Assembly (NCBI GenBank): GCA_964610745.1
Contig: CAZSYL010000002.1
Coordinates: 43,112 to 107,111, forward strand
From: an uncultured Acidimicrobiales bacterium
Lineage (GTDB): Bacteria; Actinomycetota; Acidimicrobiia; Acidimicrobiales; SHLQ01
Direction of reading: 5' to 3'
DNA length: 64,000 bases
Positions within the stretch are counted from its first letter, which is position 1. Each line of letters starts with the position of its first letter. Shown here piece after piece: positions 49,969-58,974 of this stretch. Under the pieces are notes generated by a model that saw only the letters and a program-made list of their open reading frames with translations, searched no databases and had not been told where the DNA came from. A program made the position numbers and the translations under genes.

Positions 49969-50741
49969 GACTCGACAACCTCGTGACGCGACCCGAACAT
50001 CTCGCGATGACCTGATCGTTCGAACCCGATGGGTACGTTTTCTGATGAGTACTCGTGAAGCAGATCTGCAACGAAGCGTCGCAAGGCTCGCGGCCGTTTC
50101 GACACGAGCGTTCCACTGTCTACCGAACGAGCAATAGCAGGATTCACGCGGAGTCGAGCGGTGACCGCGGTACCAACGACCGCCTCAACATCGAGCGTTC
50201 GAAGCGCTCGCCCGTCCTCACAAATTTCCACCACTGTGTCCAAGGTGATCGGCACTTGGGTAGCGCGTCGCAGAGCGAGATAGCACGGACGCAACACGAG
50301 GGTTCGTCGATCGCTCGCTGTTCCGATCAACGCTCGGGGCGAGGTTGCTTGAGAGCGAACAACGCCGAGATCGGCAACGACCGTTCCGAGCTCACCCAGA
50401 CCTTGCACCATTTCGGCAATGCGTCCCGGGTCGACCGATCCGACTTCGGTCGGAAGCGCACCACGGCCAGCTGGCAACAGGCTCAGACCGGGCAGCACCG
50501 GAACGAGGAGGCTTTCGAGTGCAGCGAGCTCGACCGGTTCGGAGGACGTCAACCAATCGACCACGCCGTGACGGTCGCTGGCGTCGACACCGAGCATGTC
50601 GGGTTGATCGCCTCCGAAGTCGACGAGCACGACCCCGTGACGGGCAGACCACGGCTCGCGAAGCGCCAGCTCGAGTGCGAGCGATGCTGAAACGACCGAG
50701 GTACCGACTCCACCTTTGGTGGCATGAACAGACCAGAACAT
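49962..50741 (-). CDS. CpaE/Ssd-like ParA-MinD family protein with a degenerate Walker A
   Basis: 259 aa. The N-terminus reads HATKGGVGTSVVSASLA, i.e. KGGVGTS instead of KGGxGKT. It is the first gene of the Tad-like operon, as with Rv3660c in M. tuberculosis (from memory). Confidence 0.7.
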   Translation of the reverse strand: MFWSVHATKGGVGTSVVSASLALELALREPWSARHGVVLVDFGGDQPDMLGVDASDRHGVVDWLTSSEPVELAALESLLVPVLPGLSLLPAGRGALPTEVGSVDPGRIAEMVQGLGELGTVVADLGVVRSQATSPRALIGTASDRRTLVLRPCYLALRRATQVPITLDTVVEICEDGRALRTLDVEAVVGTAVTARLRVNPAIARSVDSGTLVSKRPRALRRFVADLLHEYSSENVPIGFERSGHREMFGSRHEVVESW

Positions 50742-50960
50742 GACGAAGCTCTCCCAATCGGCGCGTCCGAACGCGCCACAAACAGTTGGGGGAAGAGGTC
50801 AGCTCTGCCAGAAAAGCCGGTCAGAAGCGAGAGACCGACATTGCGAAGTGCCGGTAGTAGAGACCATGCCAAACAGCAGAACTGGGCGACAAGTTGAGCG
50901 TAAGAGGATGGGCTTCGTGTCAGGATGTCTCGGCTTCACTCGAACACCACCTTGTTGGGC

Positions 50961-52172
50961 TTAGTCGTTGATGATGCCTTCATCTGATAGACGGTCCCGT
51001 TCTGCCCGGGAGAGTCCGAGTCCCGCGAGGATCTCGTCGGTGTGTTCGCCAACCTTTGGATGAGGGCCCTGCGGCCCGACATCGGCGCTGTGAAACTTCA
51101 AAGGGTTCGCAACGGTGGAATACGCGCCAATCTCAGGACTCTCGAGTGTCGGGAACATGTTGAGCGCAGCCGCCTGCGGGTCGGTGACAACCTCGTGCAA
51201 GGCAAGAACCGGCCCCCAAATCAGACCCGCCTCATCGAAGACCTCACCCCATTCGTCCCGACTCCGCTCCAACAACGCTTCATCGACTGCGGCTACCAAC
51301 GCGGGCATGTTCCTGAAGCGACTCCGCATATCCACAAACCGCTCGTCTTCGAGCAGGTGAGAGGCGCCAATCGTTTCGGCGAAGAGTGGCCACGCCGACT
51401 CCTCGGCCATGTTGACCACGATCCACTTGCCATCACCGCAGGGATAACGATTCGCCGTCACGACAATCTGGCTGTCTCGCGCCCGCTGGCGTAGCGGTGC
51501 CTTATCGACAGCGGTCACGCTGTAGTCGGTCGCCTGAGTCCAAACGGCGGTTTCGAACAGCGACGACTCCACCACCTGTCCCTCGCCGCTTCGCTCGACC
51601 AAACGCAGTGCGGACACAATCGCTCCATACAGAGCAAGCCCAGTGGTGTGATCGCCTTGAGCCGGCCGTGCCATCGGAACATCACCATCGACTCCCTCTC
51701 GCATAGCGTCGTACAAGCCCGATCGACCAAAGAACGCCGTCACGTCGTACCCCGGGCGTTTGGCATCAGGGCCGGTAGTTCCGTACCCCGTGCACGTCGC
51801 GTGTACCAGCTTGGGATTCGTGTCTAACAACGTCGATGGGTCGAGGCCGAAACGTTCTTGGCGATGCTTCAACAGGTTGCACAAGAAGACATCGGCTGAG
51901 GCGACCAAAGATCGCACGAGTTCAGCGCCATCGCTGGAGCCGATATCGATCGCAACCGACTTCTTTCCACGGTTCGAAACGTCGAACTGGTAGTCGTACG
52001 ACTTCAGCTCGTCAGGCAGTTTGGGCGGGCGCATCATGTTGCGCATCGGGTCACCGGATAGCGGTTCGACCTTGATCACCGTCGCGCCCATGTCGGCGAG
52101 AATGGCTCCACACGATGGAGCCGCCATCCAACTGTCGACCTCAATCACCGTTATGTCATCGAGTGGCTTCAC
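50961..52172 (-). CDS. Family III CoA-transferase (CaiB/BaiF family)
   Basis: 403 aa. DDITVIEVDSWMAAPSCGAILADMGATVIKVEP is the typical N-terminus. Confidence 0.88.
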   Translation of the reverse strand: MKPLDDITVIEVDSWMAAPSCGAILADMGATVIKVEPLSGDPMRNMMRPPKLPDELKSYDYQFDVSNRGKKSVAIDIGSSDGAELVRSLVASADVFLCNLLKHRQERFGLDPSTLLDTNPKLVHATCTGYGTTGPDAKRPGYDVTAFFGRSGLYDAMREGVDGDVPMARPAQGDHTTGLALYGAIVSALRLVERSGEGQVVESSLFETAVWTQATDYSVTAVDKAPLRQRARDSQIVVTANRYPCGDGKWIVVNMAEESAWPLFAETIGASHLLEDERFVDMRSRFRNMPALVAAVDEALLERSRDEWGEVFDEAGLIWGPVLALHEVVTDPQAAALNMFPTLESPEIGAYSTVANPLKFHSADVGPQGPHPKVGEHTDEILAGLGLSRAERDRLSDEGIIND

Positions 52173-52269
52173 CCGCCCAAACTAGGTCGAGAGCGCAGCT
52201 CAGACCTGATCAGAACTCCCTCGAGAGGCGTCGAGCTAGGGTCGAGCGTGTGAATCCAAGAGGTGTGAC

Positions 52270-53301
52270 ATGAAAATCGTTCGAAGCGACGCCCATCGCC
52301 TGCACTTTCCGACAGGTGAGCTGTATCGCGGTGAACTCGTGCGGCCTTTTGAGTCTCCCGAGCGCATCGACTACATCAACGCCGCTCTCGAGACAGTGGG
52401 CTTCGATGACGAAGTCGAGGTCTCGCCGGTCGAAGACGCGCTGCTCAACCAGGTCCACGATGCCGCGTACGTCGAGTTTCTCCGCACGGCGTGGTCGGAG
52501 TGGACCTCGCTCGGCAAGACCAACGACATGATTCCCTCCTGCTTCCCCGTTCGGCGAACGAACTCGCATATCCCAACGCACGTCGACGGCAAACTCGGCT
52601 GGTACGCATTCGCCGCCGAAACCTCGATTACACACGGGACGTGGGAAGCAGCACACGGAGCAGCCTCGCTCGCACGGACAGCCCAGCGAGCAGTGAGTGC
52701 CGGAGCCCAGTCAGCTTTTGCCTTGTGTCGACCACCGGGCCATCACGCATCGGCCGACTACTTCGGTGGCTACTGCTTCCTCAACAACGCAGGCATCGCA
52801 GCACAGGGTTTTCGCAACGACGGCGCGGCTCGAGTTGCCATTCTCGACGTCGACTTTCACCACGGCAACGGCACCCAAGACATCTTCTACTCCCGCGAGG
52901 ACATCTTCTTCGCGTCATTACACGGCGACCCCGCGTTCGAGTTTCCCTACTTTCTCGGCCACGCAGACGAGACCGGCAGCGGACCTGGCGAGGGATACAA
53001 CGCGAACTACCCGCTGGCTCCGGGGACGACATTTGATCTGTGGCTCGAAGCCTTCGACGATGCGCTACGTCGAATCATGTCGTTCGGGCCTGACGCCCTC
53101 GTCGTATCGCTCGGCGTCGATACCTACGAAGCCGACCCGATCAGTTCGTTCAAGCTGAGCTCCGATGACTTCATCACCTACGGCGAGCGTTTCGGCGCCC
53201 TGGGGTTGCCCACCGTCTACGTGATGGAGGGCGGTTACGCCGTCGAAGAGATTGGCACCAACACGGTCAACGTGTTGGTCGGCCACAGCAACGCTGAATA
53301 G
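52270..53301 (+). CDS. Histone deacetylase-family amidohydrolase (acetylpolyamine/acetoin-utilisation type)
   Basis: 343 aa, containing ALCRPPGHHA, ILDVDFHHGNGTQDIF and YVMEGGY, which are the Zn-binding residues of the HDAC fold. Confidence 0.88.
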   Translation: MKIVRSDAHRLHFPTGELYRGELVRPFESPERIDYINAALETVGFDDEVEVSPVEDALLNQVHDAAYVEFLRTAWSEWTSLGKTNDMIPSCFPVRRTNSHIPTHVDGKLGWYAFAAETSITHGTWEAAHGAASLARTAQRAVSAGAQSAFALCRPPGHHASADYFGGYCFLNNAGIAAQGFRNDGAARVAILDVDFHHGNGTQDIFYSREDIFFASLHGDPAFEFPYFLGHADETGSGPGEGYNANYPLAPGTTFDLWLEAFDDALRRIMSFGPDALVVSLGVDTYEADPISSFKLSSDDFITYGERFGALGLPTVYVMEGGYAVEEIGTNTVNVLVGHSNAE

Positions 53302-53452
53302 CGCCATCTCGCGCCGAGAAAAAGGAACCCAGTCGACAGCGTGAAACTCGTCGCGGAATTTTCGGGAACCAGATTCAGATTCTCAGCGTAAAAGCTCACA
53401 CACAACAACGAGATGGCCGAATGGAACCCAAACTTCGGCGGAAGGCATTCCC

Positions 53453-54826
53453 ATGTTTAAGAAGGCAGCACTCACGTTCACGGTGATCGGCATGGTTATC
53501 GTGGCATGGTCTGGAATAGCGGGCGCATGCGGCGGATTCTTCTGCCAGGCCACCCCCGTCGACCAAACCGGCGAACGAATCGTGTTCACCGTGAACGACG
53601 ACGAGACGATCACGACCCTCATCGAGATCCTCTACCAGGGTGAGGCAGAAGACTTCTCCTGGATCCTCCCGATCCCGGAGGCAATCAGCGCAGACGACCT
53701 CCAGGTGCCCGATGACGGCCAACTTGTCTTCGACGAACTCCACGCGATGACCGACGTACAGCTCATCGCTCCAAATCTGCCTGAGTGCGCACAGGATGCT
53801 CTGACGGTCGCCGAAGTCGCCGACGCAGCAGCAGATGATGGTGGTGTCGACATCTTCGCGAGCGGCGAGGTTGGCCCGTTCGGATTCGATGTCATTGGCT
53901 CCGATGACCCCAACGCACTTATCGACTGGCTCCGCGACACCAACTACCGAGTCACCCCTGAGATGGAACCCCTCATCGACATCTACGTCGAACGAGAGAT
54001 GGCCTTTATTGCTATGCGACTCCTCGACGGCGAAACCGCAGACTCGATCCAACCCATCGAAATCACCTACCCCGGCACCGAGCCGATGATCCCCCTGCAG
54101 CTCACCGCTGTCGCAGCACAACCCAACTTGCCGATCTGGGTTTGGCTCTTCGGCGAAAGCCGAGCGGTACCAACGAACTTCGCGGAGATGGAGATCGCCA
54201 CCGAAGAGATCACCTTCTTCCCGGGCGGCGCTAACGACTACCCGTTCCTCGTCCAGCAACGCGCGAACGCCTTCGATGGACAGGCATTCATCACTGAATA
54301 CGCGCAAGCGGTCAACCCGAGCGATTTCCTCCACCCCTGGCTCGTAGACCAAAGCGAAGCCGCCCCATACCTGACACGGCTCAACACGTTCATCGACCCT
54401 GAAGAGATGACCGCTGACCCAACGTTCGGGTTCGACGACACCCTCGGCGATGTATCCAACATCCGAGATGCCAGCGACCTCGGCGGCCTTTACAGCTGCG
54501 AACGTGACGGCGGTGGCGGCGGTTTCCTTGGTTCGATCTTCGGAGGCGGCAGCGAAGACGCCATCGACCCAACCAACGGCACCGGACAGGTCGTTGCCTT
54601 CACCCCCGACGCTTCCGAGGATGAGGCCGCTGACGGTGGCGACGACTCCGCCGAACCAATCGACGGTGACTCAACCGACATCGATACTGACGTCCCCGAC
54701 ACCCTCGCCCAGGCCGACACCGATGCTGAATCCTCAGGAAATGGCCTGCTCATTCTCGTCGCCGCCATCGGGGCAATGCTTCTGATCGGCGTCGGCTTCG
54801 CAGCGGGTCGTGGTCGTAGTAGCTGA
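53453..54826 (+). CDS. DUF2330 domain-containing secreted/membrane-anchored protein
   Basis: 457 aa. The signal-anchor is followed by GACGGFFCQATPVDQTGERIVF, the characteristic DUF2330 start. It also has an acidic C-terminal linker and a terminal TM helix (LLILVAAIGAMLLIGVGFAAGRGRSS). Confidence 0.8.
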   Translation: MFKKAALTFTVIGMVIVAWSGIAGACGGFFCQATPVDQTGERIVFTVNDDETITTLIEILYQGEAEDFSWILPIPEAISADDLQVPDDGQLVFDELHAMTDVQLIAPNLPECAQDALTVAEVADAAADDGGVDIFASGEVGPFGFDVIGSDDPNALIDWLRDTNYRVTPEMEPLIDIYVEREMAFIAMRLLDGETADSIQPIEITYPGTEPMIPLQLTAVAAQPNLPIWVWLFGESRAVPTNFAEMEIATEEITFFPGGANDYPFLVQQRANAFDGQAFITEYAQAVNPSDFLHPWLVDQSEAAPYLTRLNTFIDPEEMTADPTFGFDDTLGDVSNIRDASDLGGLYSCERDGGGGGFLGSIFGGGSEDAIDPTNGTGQVVAFTPDASEDEAADGGDDSAEPIDGDSTDIDTDVPDTLAQADTDAESSGNGLLILVAAIGAMLLIGVGFAAGRGRSS

Positions 54827-54834
54827 CCGAACTT

Positions 54835-54866
54835 GTGGTCACCCGCATGCCGATGCGGGTGACCAC
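54835..54866 (+). terminator. Perfect 14-bp hairpin after the DUF2330 gene (terminator candidate without a U-tract)
   Basis: GTGGTCACCCGCAT-GCCG-ATGCGGGTGACCAC, beginning 9 nt after the stop. Confidence 0.55.
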
Positions 54867-54918
54867 GATCGCACCGTCATGACCCCAGACGGCCTTCCTT
54901 GCGCAATATGGTGGAGCC

Positions 54919-55728
54919 ATGGGCGCACGTGAAGTACCGGCCGCCCTTGGCGCTGCGGCCTTCTTTGACCTCGACAAAACAACGATTGCGGACGCTGCAT
55001 TGTTCGCCTTTGGTTCGACCCTGCGCGAAGCGGGTTTGCTCGACACCCGCCTGGTACTACGGGCGGTTTGGGGCCGCCTGGTCTTCAAATACCTCGGCGC
55101 CGACCACGACCGGATGGAAGACATGCGCAACAACGCGCTGCGGCTCTGCACCGGCTGGGATAAGAAGCACATGTCCGAGATCGTCACCGAGGCACTCAAA
55201 GATGTGATCGACCCGATCGTCTACCGCGAGGCAGTGGACGAGATCAATGCCCACAAAGCGGCAGGACACAAGGTGTTCATGGTTTCGGCCTCCCCCGAAG
55301 AGATCGTCGTGCCGCTCTCGAAGCACCTGGGCGCAGATGGCGCAGTCGCCACGATCGCCGAGACCGACCGAAACGGGAAGTACACCGGCGAGGTCGAGTT
55401 CTATTCGTACGGCCCGTACAAAGTCGATGCAATGGAAGCTCTAGCCCTTGAGCACGACCTCGATCTGAGCCAGTCCTACGCCTACACGGACTCGATCACC
55501 GATATCCCGATGCTCGAAGCGGTCGGACACCCAATCGTCGTTAACCCCGACCGAGGTCTCTCCCGCGTCGCGTCAGAACGCGATTGGGAGGTTCGATCCT
55601 TCTCGACGACGATGTCGCTCGGCGACGGTGTCAGCGATCATGCAAAGACCGGCGCCCTCGTGGCCAGCGCGGGTGCTCTCGCAACCGGTGCGGGGTGGTA
55701 TCTCCGCTCACGGAGACGTTCGGCCTAA
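54919..55728 (+). CDS. HAD-IB family hydrolase (SerB-like)
   Basis: 269 aa with motif I AAFFDLDKTTI, MVSASPEE, and YTDSITDIPMLEAVGHPIVVNPD. It has a C-terminal TM-like tail. Confidence 0.85.
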   Translation: MGAREVPAALGAAAFFDLDKTTIADAALFAFGSTLREAGLLDTRLVLRAVWGRLVFKYLGADHDRMEDMRNNALRLCTGWDKKHMSEIVTEALKDVIDPIVYREAVDEINAHKAAGHKVFMVSASPEEIVVPLSKHLGADGAVATIAETDRNGKYTGEVEFYSYGPYKVDAMEALALEHDLDLSQSYAYTDSITDIPMLEAVGHPIVVNPDRGLSRVASERDWEVRSFSTTMSLGDGVSDHAKTGALVASAGALATGAGWYLRSRRRSA

Positions 55729-55748
55729 CGCAGTTGCACGACGGGCCG

Positions 55749-56735
55749 TTACGACCCGAGTGGCTTCGTTGCGAGGAAGCCAACGTCGTCACCCGATGGG
55801 CTCACCCACACGCTCTTCAGTTCGAGGCCCGCAGCGGTCGCCATCCGGGTTAGTGAGTCGGCCGAGAAGAGGAACAGATGCTCCGCCGGACCAACGAGAT
55901 ACGAAGCCATTCCTTCTTCGCGGAACGAACGTCCCTCCGAACACACCGTGTAGACGAGAAGGCAACCGCCGGGCCGTAGCGAATCGGCTGCGAGCTCGAT
56001 GGCGTGGCGCGGGTACCGCATGTGTTCAAGCGACATCTCCGAGATCACACAATCGTGCTGCTCGCTCAGTGCATGGATCTCATCGACATTCTCGTGGTGC
56101 GCACGAAGCCCGCGGTCTTGTGCATACTTCACCGCTGCTGCGTTGACATCGCTGCCGGAAGCGTCCCAGCCTCGCACGCGCGCACGCTCGAGCAATCCGC
56201 CGCCGCCGAAGCCGATCTCAAACAGTGACGCTCCCCGATACTGGTAGTCGTCGACGAGGTTCAGCAGATTGTCCCAGTGCTGAACCTGCGCGGGAGTTTC
56301 CTCCTGACTGACCAGGTACTCGTCGTGGAAGTAGTCCTCGTTATAACGAATCAGTACGTCGCTCTGACTTGGGCGCGGCGAGGTGTAGACAAGCCCACAG
56401 TCTGCGCAGCGTTGCATCGTTAGACCATGACGAACGCCAACCGGGCTTGCTTCTTCGCACCCGCACGCATCACATTTTGAAATGAACTCGGTCCCGGCGA
56501 GCCCGACTGCGACGGTCTCGGGCAAAACAGTCCACTCTGAGGAATAGGTATCGGGGACGTGCACCCGACCTTCGATTGCCCCAGCGCGCGAAATGTGGTC
56601 GACGGTGACCTGGAAGAAGTTCGGCGAGTCCGCCCCGGGTTCGACGAACCACGAATCGATCGGGTACTCGGTCACCACTTCTTCGCTATCACGAAGCTGG
56701 AGCATCCCGGACGGCTCTCCGGACATCCCAGTCAC
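55749..56735 (-). CDS. Class I SAM-dependent methyltransferase with an N-terminal zinc-ribbon
   Basis: 328 aa with the Cys4 ribbon CDACGC...CADCG and the SAM motif LFEIGFGGGGLL. The GTG start at 56735 is uncertain, because the frame stays open about 70 codons further upstream without a start codon. Confidence 0.8.
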   Translation of the reverse strand: MTGMSGEPSGMLQLRDSEEVVTEYPIDSWFVEPGADSPNFFQVTVDHISRAGAIEGRVHVPDTYSSEWTVLPETVAVGLAGTEFISKCDACGCEEASPVGVRHGLTMQRCADCGLVYTSPRPSQSDVLIRYNEDYFHDEYLVSQEETPAQVQHWDNLLNLVDDYQYRGASLFEIGFGGGGLLERARVRGWDASGSDVNAAAVKYAQDRGLRAHHENVDEIHALSEQHDCVISEMSLEHMRYPRHAIELAADSLRPGGCLLVYTVCSEGRSFREEGMASYLVGPAEHLFLFSADSLTRMATAAGLELKSVWVSPSGDDVGFLATKPLGS

Positions 56736-56965
56736 CCAACCGCGTGCCAGGACGACATCGTCAACAGCAGAAAATGTGACCGCCGAACGGGACAGATCAC
56801 GATCATCGATGAGCGGCGCGTCACTCGGCGGACGAACCCGTCTGTAGGCAGATCGAAGAGGTCCATCGAGCGGTGTTCGCCCGACGAGGTCGATGATCTG
56901 GCGTCTTGATTCGGGAGAAATCGGAAGGGTAACGATGGTGTGCGACTATAGCCGCCACCCAGGGC

Positions 56966-57298
56966 CTAGATAAGTAGCTGCTCGATAGCTTCAGCGACCT
57001 CGTCATCGTCGCTGAGTTGGATGTGGAAGTCGAGAAGATCCTCATGGGTGAGCGTGGGTCCGCGATGAGCTTCGAACAGCTCAGCTGGAAGGCTCCATAG
57101 CTCAACCGGAACGCCTGCGGCCTCAAGAGTCTCGACCATCCGCGCCGTCGTGGGCTTCACGACGATCGAGTTGCACTCCGTGCAGGTAAAGCGGTATTCA
57201 GCCTCACCATTGTCGGTGCAGATGCGGGAAAACACCTGCGCGGGGAGAAGCGGAATGTCTTCCGAACAGCTCGAGCAGGTCACGAGAATCTTTGCCAT
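56966..57298 (-). CDS. Small zinc-ribbon protein (110 aa), unknown function
   Basis: I trimmed the track ORF to the ATG at 57298 (MAKILVTCSSCSEDI...FTCTECNS), giving two CxxC pairs and an acidic C-terminus. Confidence 0.55.
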   Translation of the reverse strand: MAKILVTCSSCSEDIPLLPAQVFSRICTDNGEAEYRFTCTECNSIVVKPTTARMVETLEAAGVPVELWSLPAELFEAHRGPTLTHEDLLDFHIQLSDDDEVAEAIEQLLI

Positions 57299-57404
57299 AT
57301 ACACAAAGTCGACTGGCCCGAAATAACTCAAATAGGTCATTCGACCCCGCGGAACCCCGAAAACAGGGGAATTCGTTAGTGCTAAGAGGTGCTCTGTCCT
57401 GGTC

Positions 57405-58919
57405 TTAGCCAGCGACGACCTTGAAGATGCCGCCACCACGACTGATCACATAGGCCTCACCAGAACTGTCGATGCCGAAGCTGGTCAAACGGTCGATCGC
57501 AGGCAGGGCCAAACGTTGGGCGCTCCCAGCGCCTCCTGCCCGGAAACCAAAGACCTCGCCGCTGCAGAAGTCGCCGTAGAGATAGGTGCCCGTCAGTCCT
57601 GGGATGCCGGTCCCTCGGTAGACCTCGCCACCGGTGATCGAACAGCGACCTGAACCATGTGAGTACACCACGATCGGGCCACGGTGTCCCGGCGGCGCCG
57701 CGAGACCACGGAAGGATTCGGTCCCCTCGACGAGATTCCATCCGAGGTTTGCACCGCTTGCCGTACCCGAGCGGAGAACCGTCACCTCTTCCTGTCTGTC
57801 CTGGCCAACATCGCCAATCCAGAGATCGCCTGTGACCGAGTCAAAGCCGAAGCGCCATGCGTTGCGGATCCCCCAGACGTAGACCTCCGGGGCGCCACCG
57901 CCGTCTACGAAGGGATTGCTCGCTGGCACGGTGTACCCAGTAGCCCCCGAGACGTCGATTCGCAGAATCGAACCGTGGAGCGTGTTCGGGTTCTGACCGT
58001 TGCCCTGCGGGTCCCCCGCGCTTCCGCCATCACCCATACCGATGTAAAGGAAGCCGTCCGGTCCAAAGGCGAGCTGGCCGCCGTTGTGGTTGCCGAAGGG
58101 CTGAGGAATGGTCAGCAGAATCTCTGGCGAGACCGCGCTGTTCCCCGACATGGTGTAACGAGCAATGACGGTGGAGCCGCTGGTATTCGTGTAGTTGACG
58201 AGGAGCCGCTGCCCACCGGGGGCAAAGGCCAGTCCGAGCAGACCCTGTTCGTTGCCTCCGCTCACGCTTCCACGGAGGTCGAGCGTCGTATCGGCTCCTG
58301 TGCCCGTGCCTTCGGGAAGGCGAACGATGCGACCTCCCTGCTCGGCAATGAAAATATCCGATGTACCCGGACGGGTCGCAAAGGCAACCGGGCTCGACAG
58401 CGACGCGACTAATTCAAGCTCGAGGTCGATATCTGACAGTGCCTGTGTGCCAGTCGGCGCGGGCGCTTGTGTCGTTTCGGTGGTCGTTGTCTCAGCTTCG
58501 GTCGTCGTTGTGGTTTCCGCTGCCTCGGTGGTCGTGGTTGTCTCAGCTTCGGTCGTCGCCGTCGACTCCTCACCCTCGGCAGCGTCACCATCGGTGACTG
58601 TGTCAGCATCGTCGATACCCACTTCATCGGGGTCTTCCGTGTCGTCATCGCCAGCATCCTCGGCAGCATCCTCGGCGACGGTCGTGGTCGTGTCGGCGTT
58701 ACTCGTCTCCACATCGTCTGTTGAGTCGCTCGGCTCTGCCGGTTCGACGGGCGTCAACGTGTCGAGGGTGATCTCACCATCTTCGGTGGCAACATCGTCG
58801 GGCACACCACATGCCGCCGCGACGAGCGCGAGAGCTACGAAAAGGCTGACTAGACGGGACTTCGTTGGAAACCTGAGAAGGGGCGTCATCGAAACAAGGG
58901 TAGTGACGATCGAGCTCAC
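57405..58919 (-). CDS. PQQ-dependent sugar dehydrogenase (soluble glucose/sorbosone dehydrogenase family) lipoprotein with a long acidic Thr-rich linker
   Basis: 504 aa with the lipobox LVAAACG and the linker ...ETTTTTEAAETTTTTEAETTTTETT. The beta-propeller motifs include NHNGGQLAFGPDGFLYIGMGDGG. An alternative start is ATG at 58889. Confidence 0.85.
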   Translation of the reverse strand: MSSIVTTLVSMTPLLRFPTKSRLVSLFVALALVAAACGVPDDVATEDGEITLDTLTPVEPAEPSDSTDDVETSNADTTTTVAEDAAEDAGDDDTEDPDEVGIDDADTVTDGDAAEGEESTATTEAETTTTTEAAETTTTTEAETTTTETTQAPAPTGTQALSDIDLELELVASLSSPVAFATRPGTSDIFIAEQGGRIVRLPEGTGTGADTTLDLRGSVSGGNEQGLLGLAFAPGGQRLLVNYTNTSGSTVIARYTMSGNSAVSPEILLTIPQPFGNHNGGQLAFGPDGFLYIGMGDGGSAGDPQGNGQNPNTLHGSILRIDVSGATGYTVPASNPFVDGGGAPEVYVWGIRNAWRFGFDSVTGDLWIGDVGQDRQEEVTVLRSGTASGANLGWNLVEGTESFRGLAAPPGHRGPIVVYSHGSGRCSITGGEVYRGTGIPGLTGTYLYGDFCSGEVFGFRAGGAGSAQRLALPAIDRLTSFGIDSSGEAYVISRGGGIFKVVAG

Positions 58920-58974
58920 CCAACCGTCACTGCCGCCAAACTATGGCGCGGTGATCACCGGGCGTAGAAGATAC

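Noticed and set aside
53396-54352. 318-aa minus-strand ORF
   Set aside because: It is antisense to the DUF2330 gene, which has a signal peptide, the family-specific CGGFFC start and a TM anchor. The antisense product is Asp/Glu/Val/Arg low-complexity sequence with no start context.
56736-56945. In-frame upstream extension of the methyltransferase reading ...RQIIDLVGRTPLDG..., which resembles the N-terminal motif of PLP-dependent cysteine synthase and threonine dehydratase enzymes
   Set aside because: Only about 10 residues match. None of the following PALP motifs (the Lys-containing xxKxExxNPxGSxKDR) is present, and no start codon exists. I judged it chance similarity.
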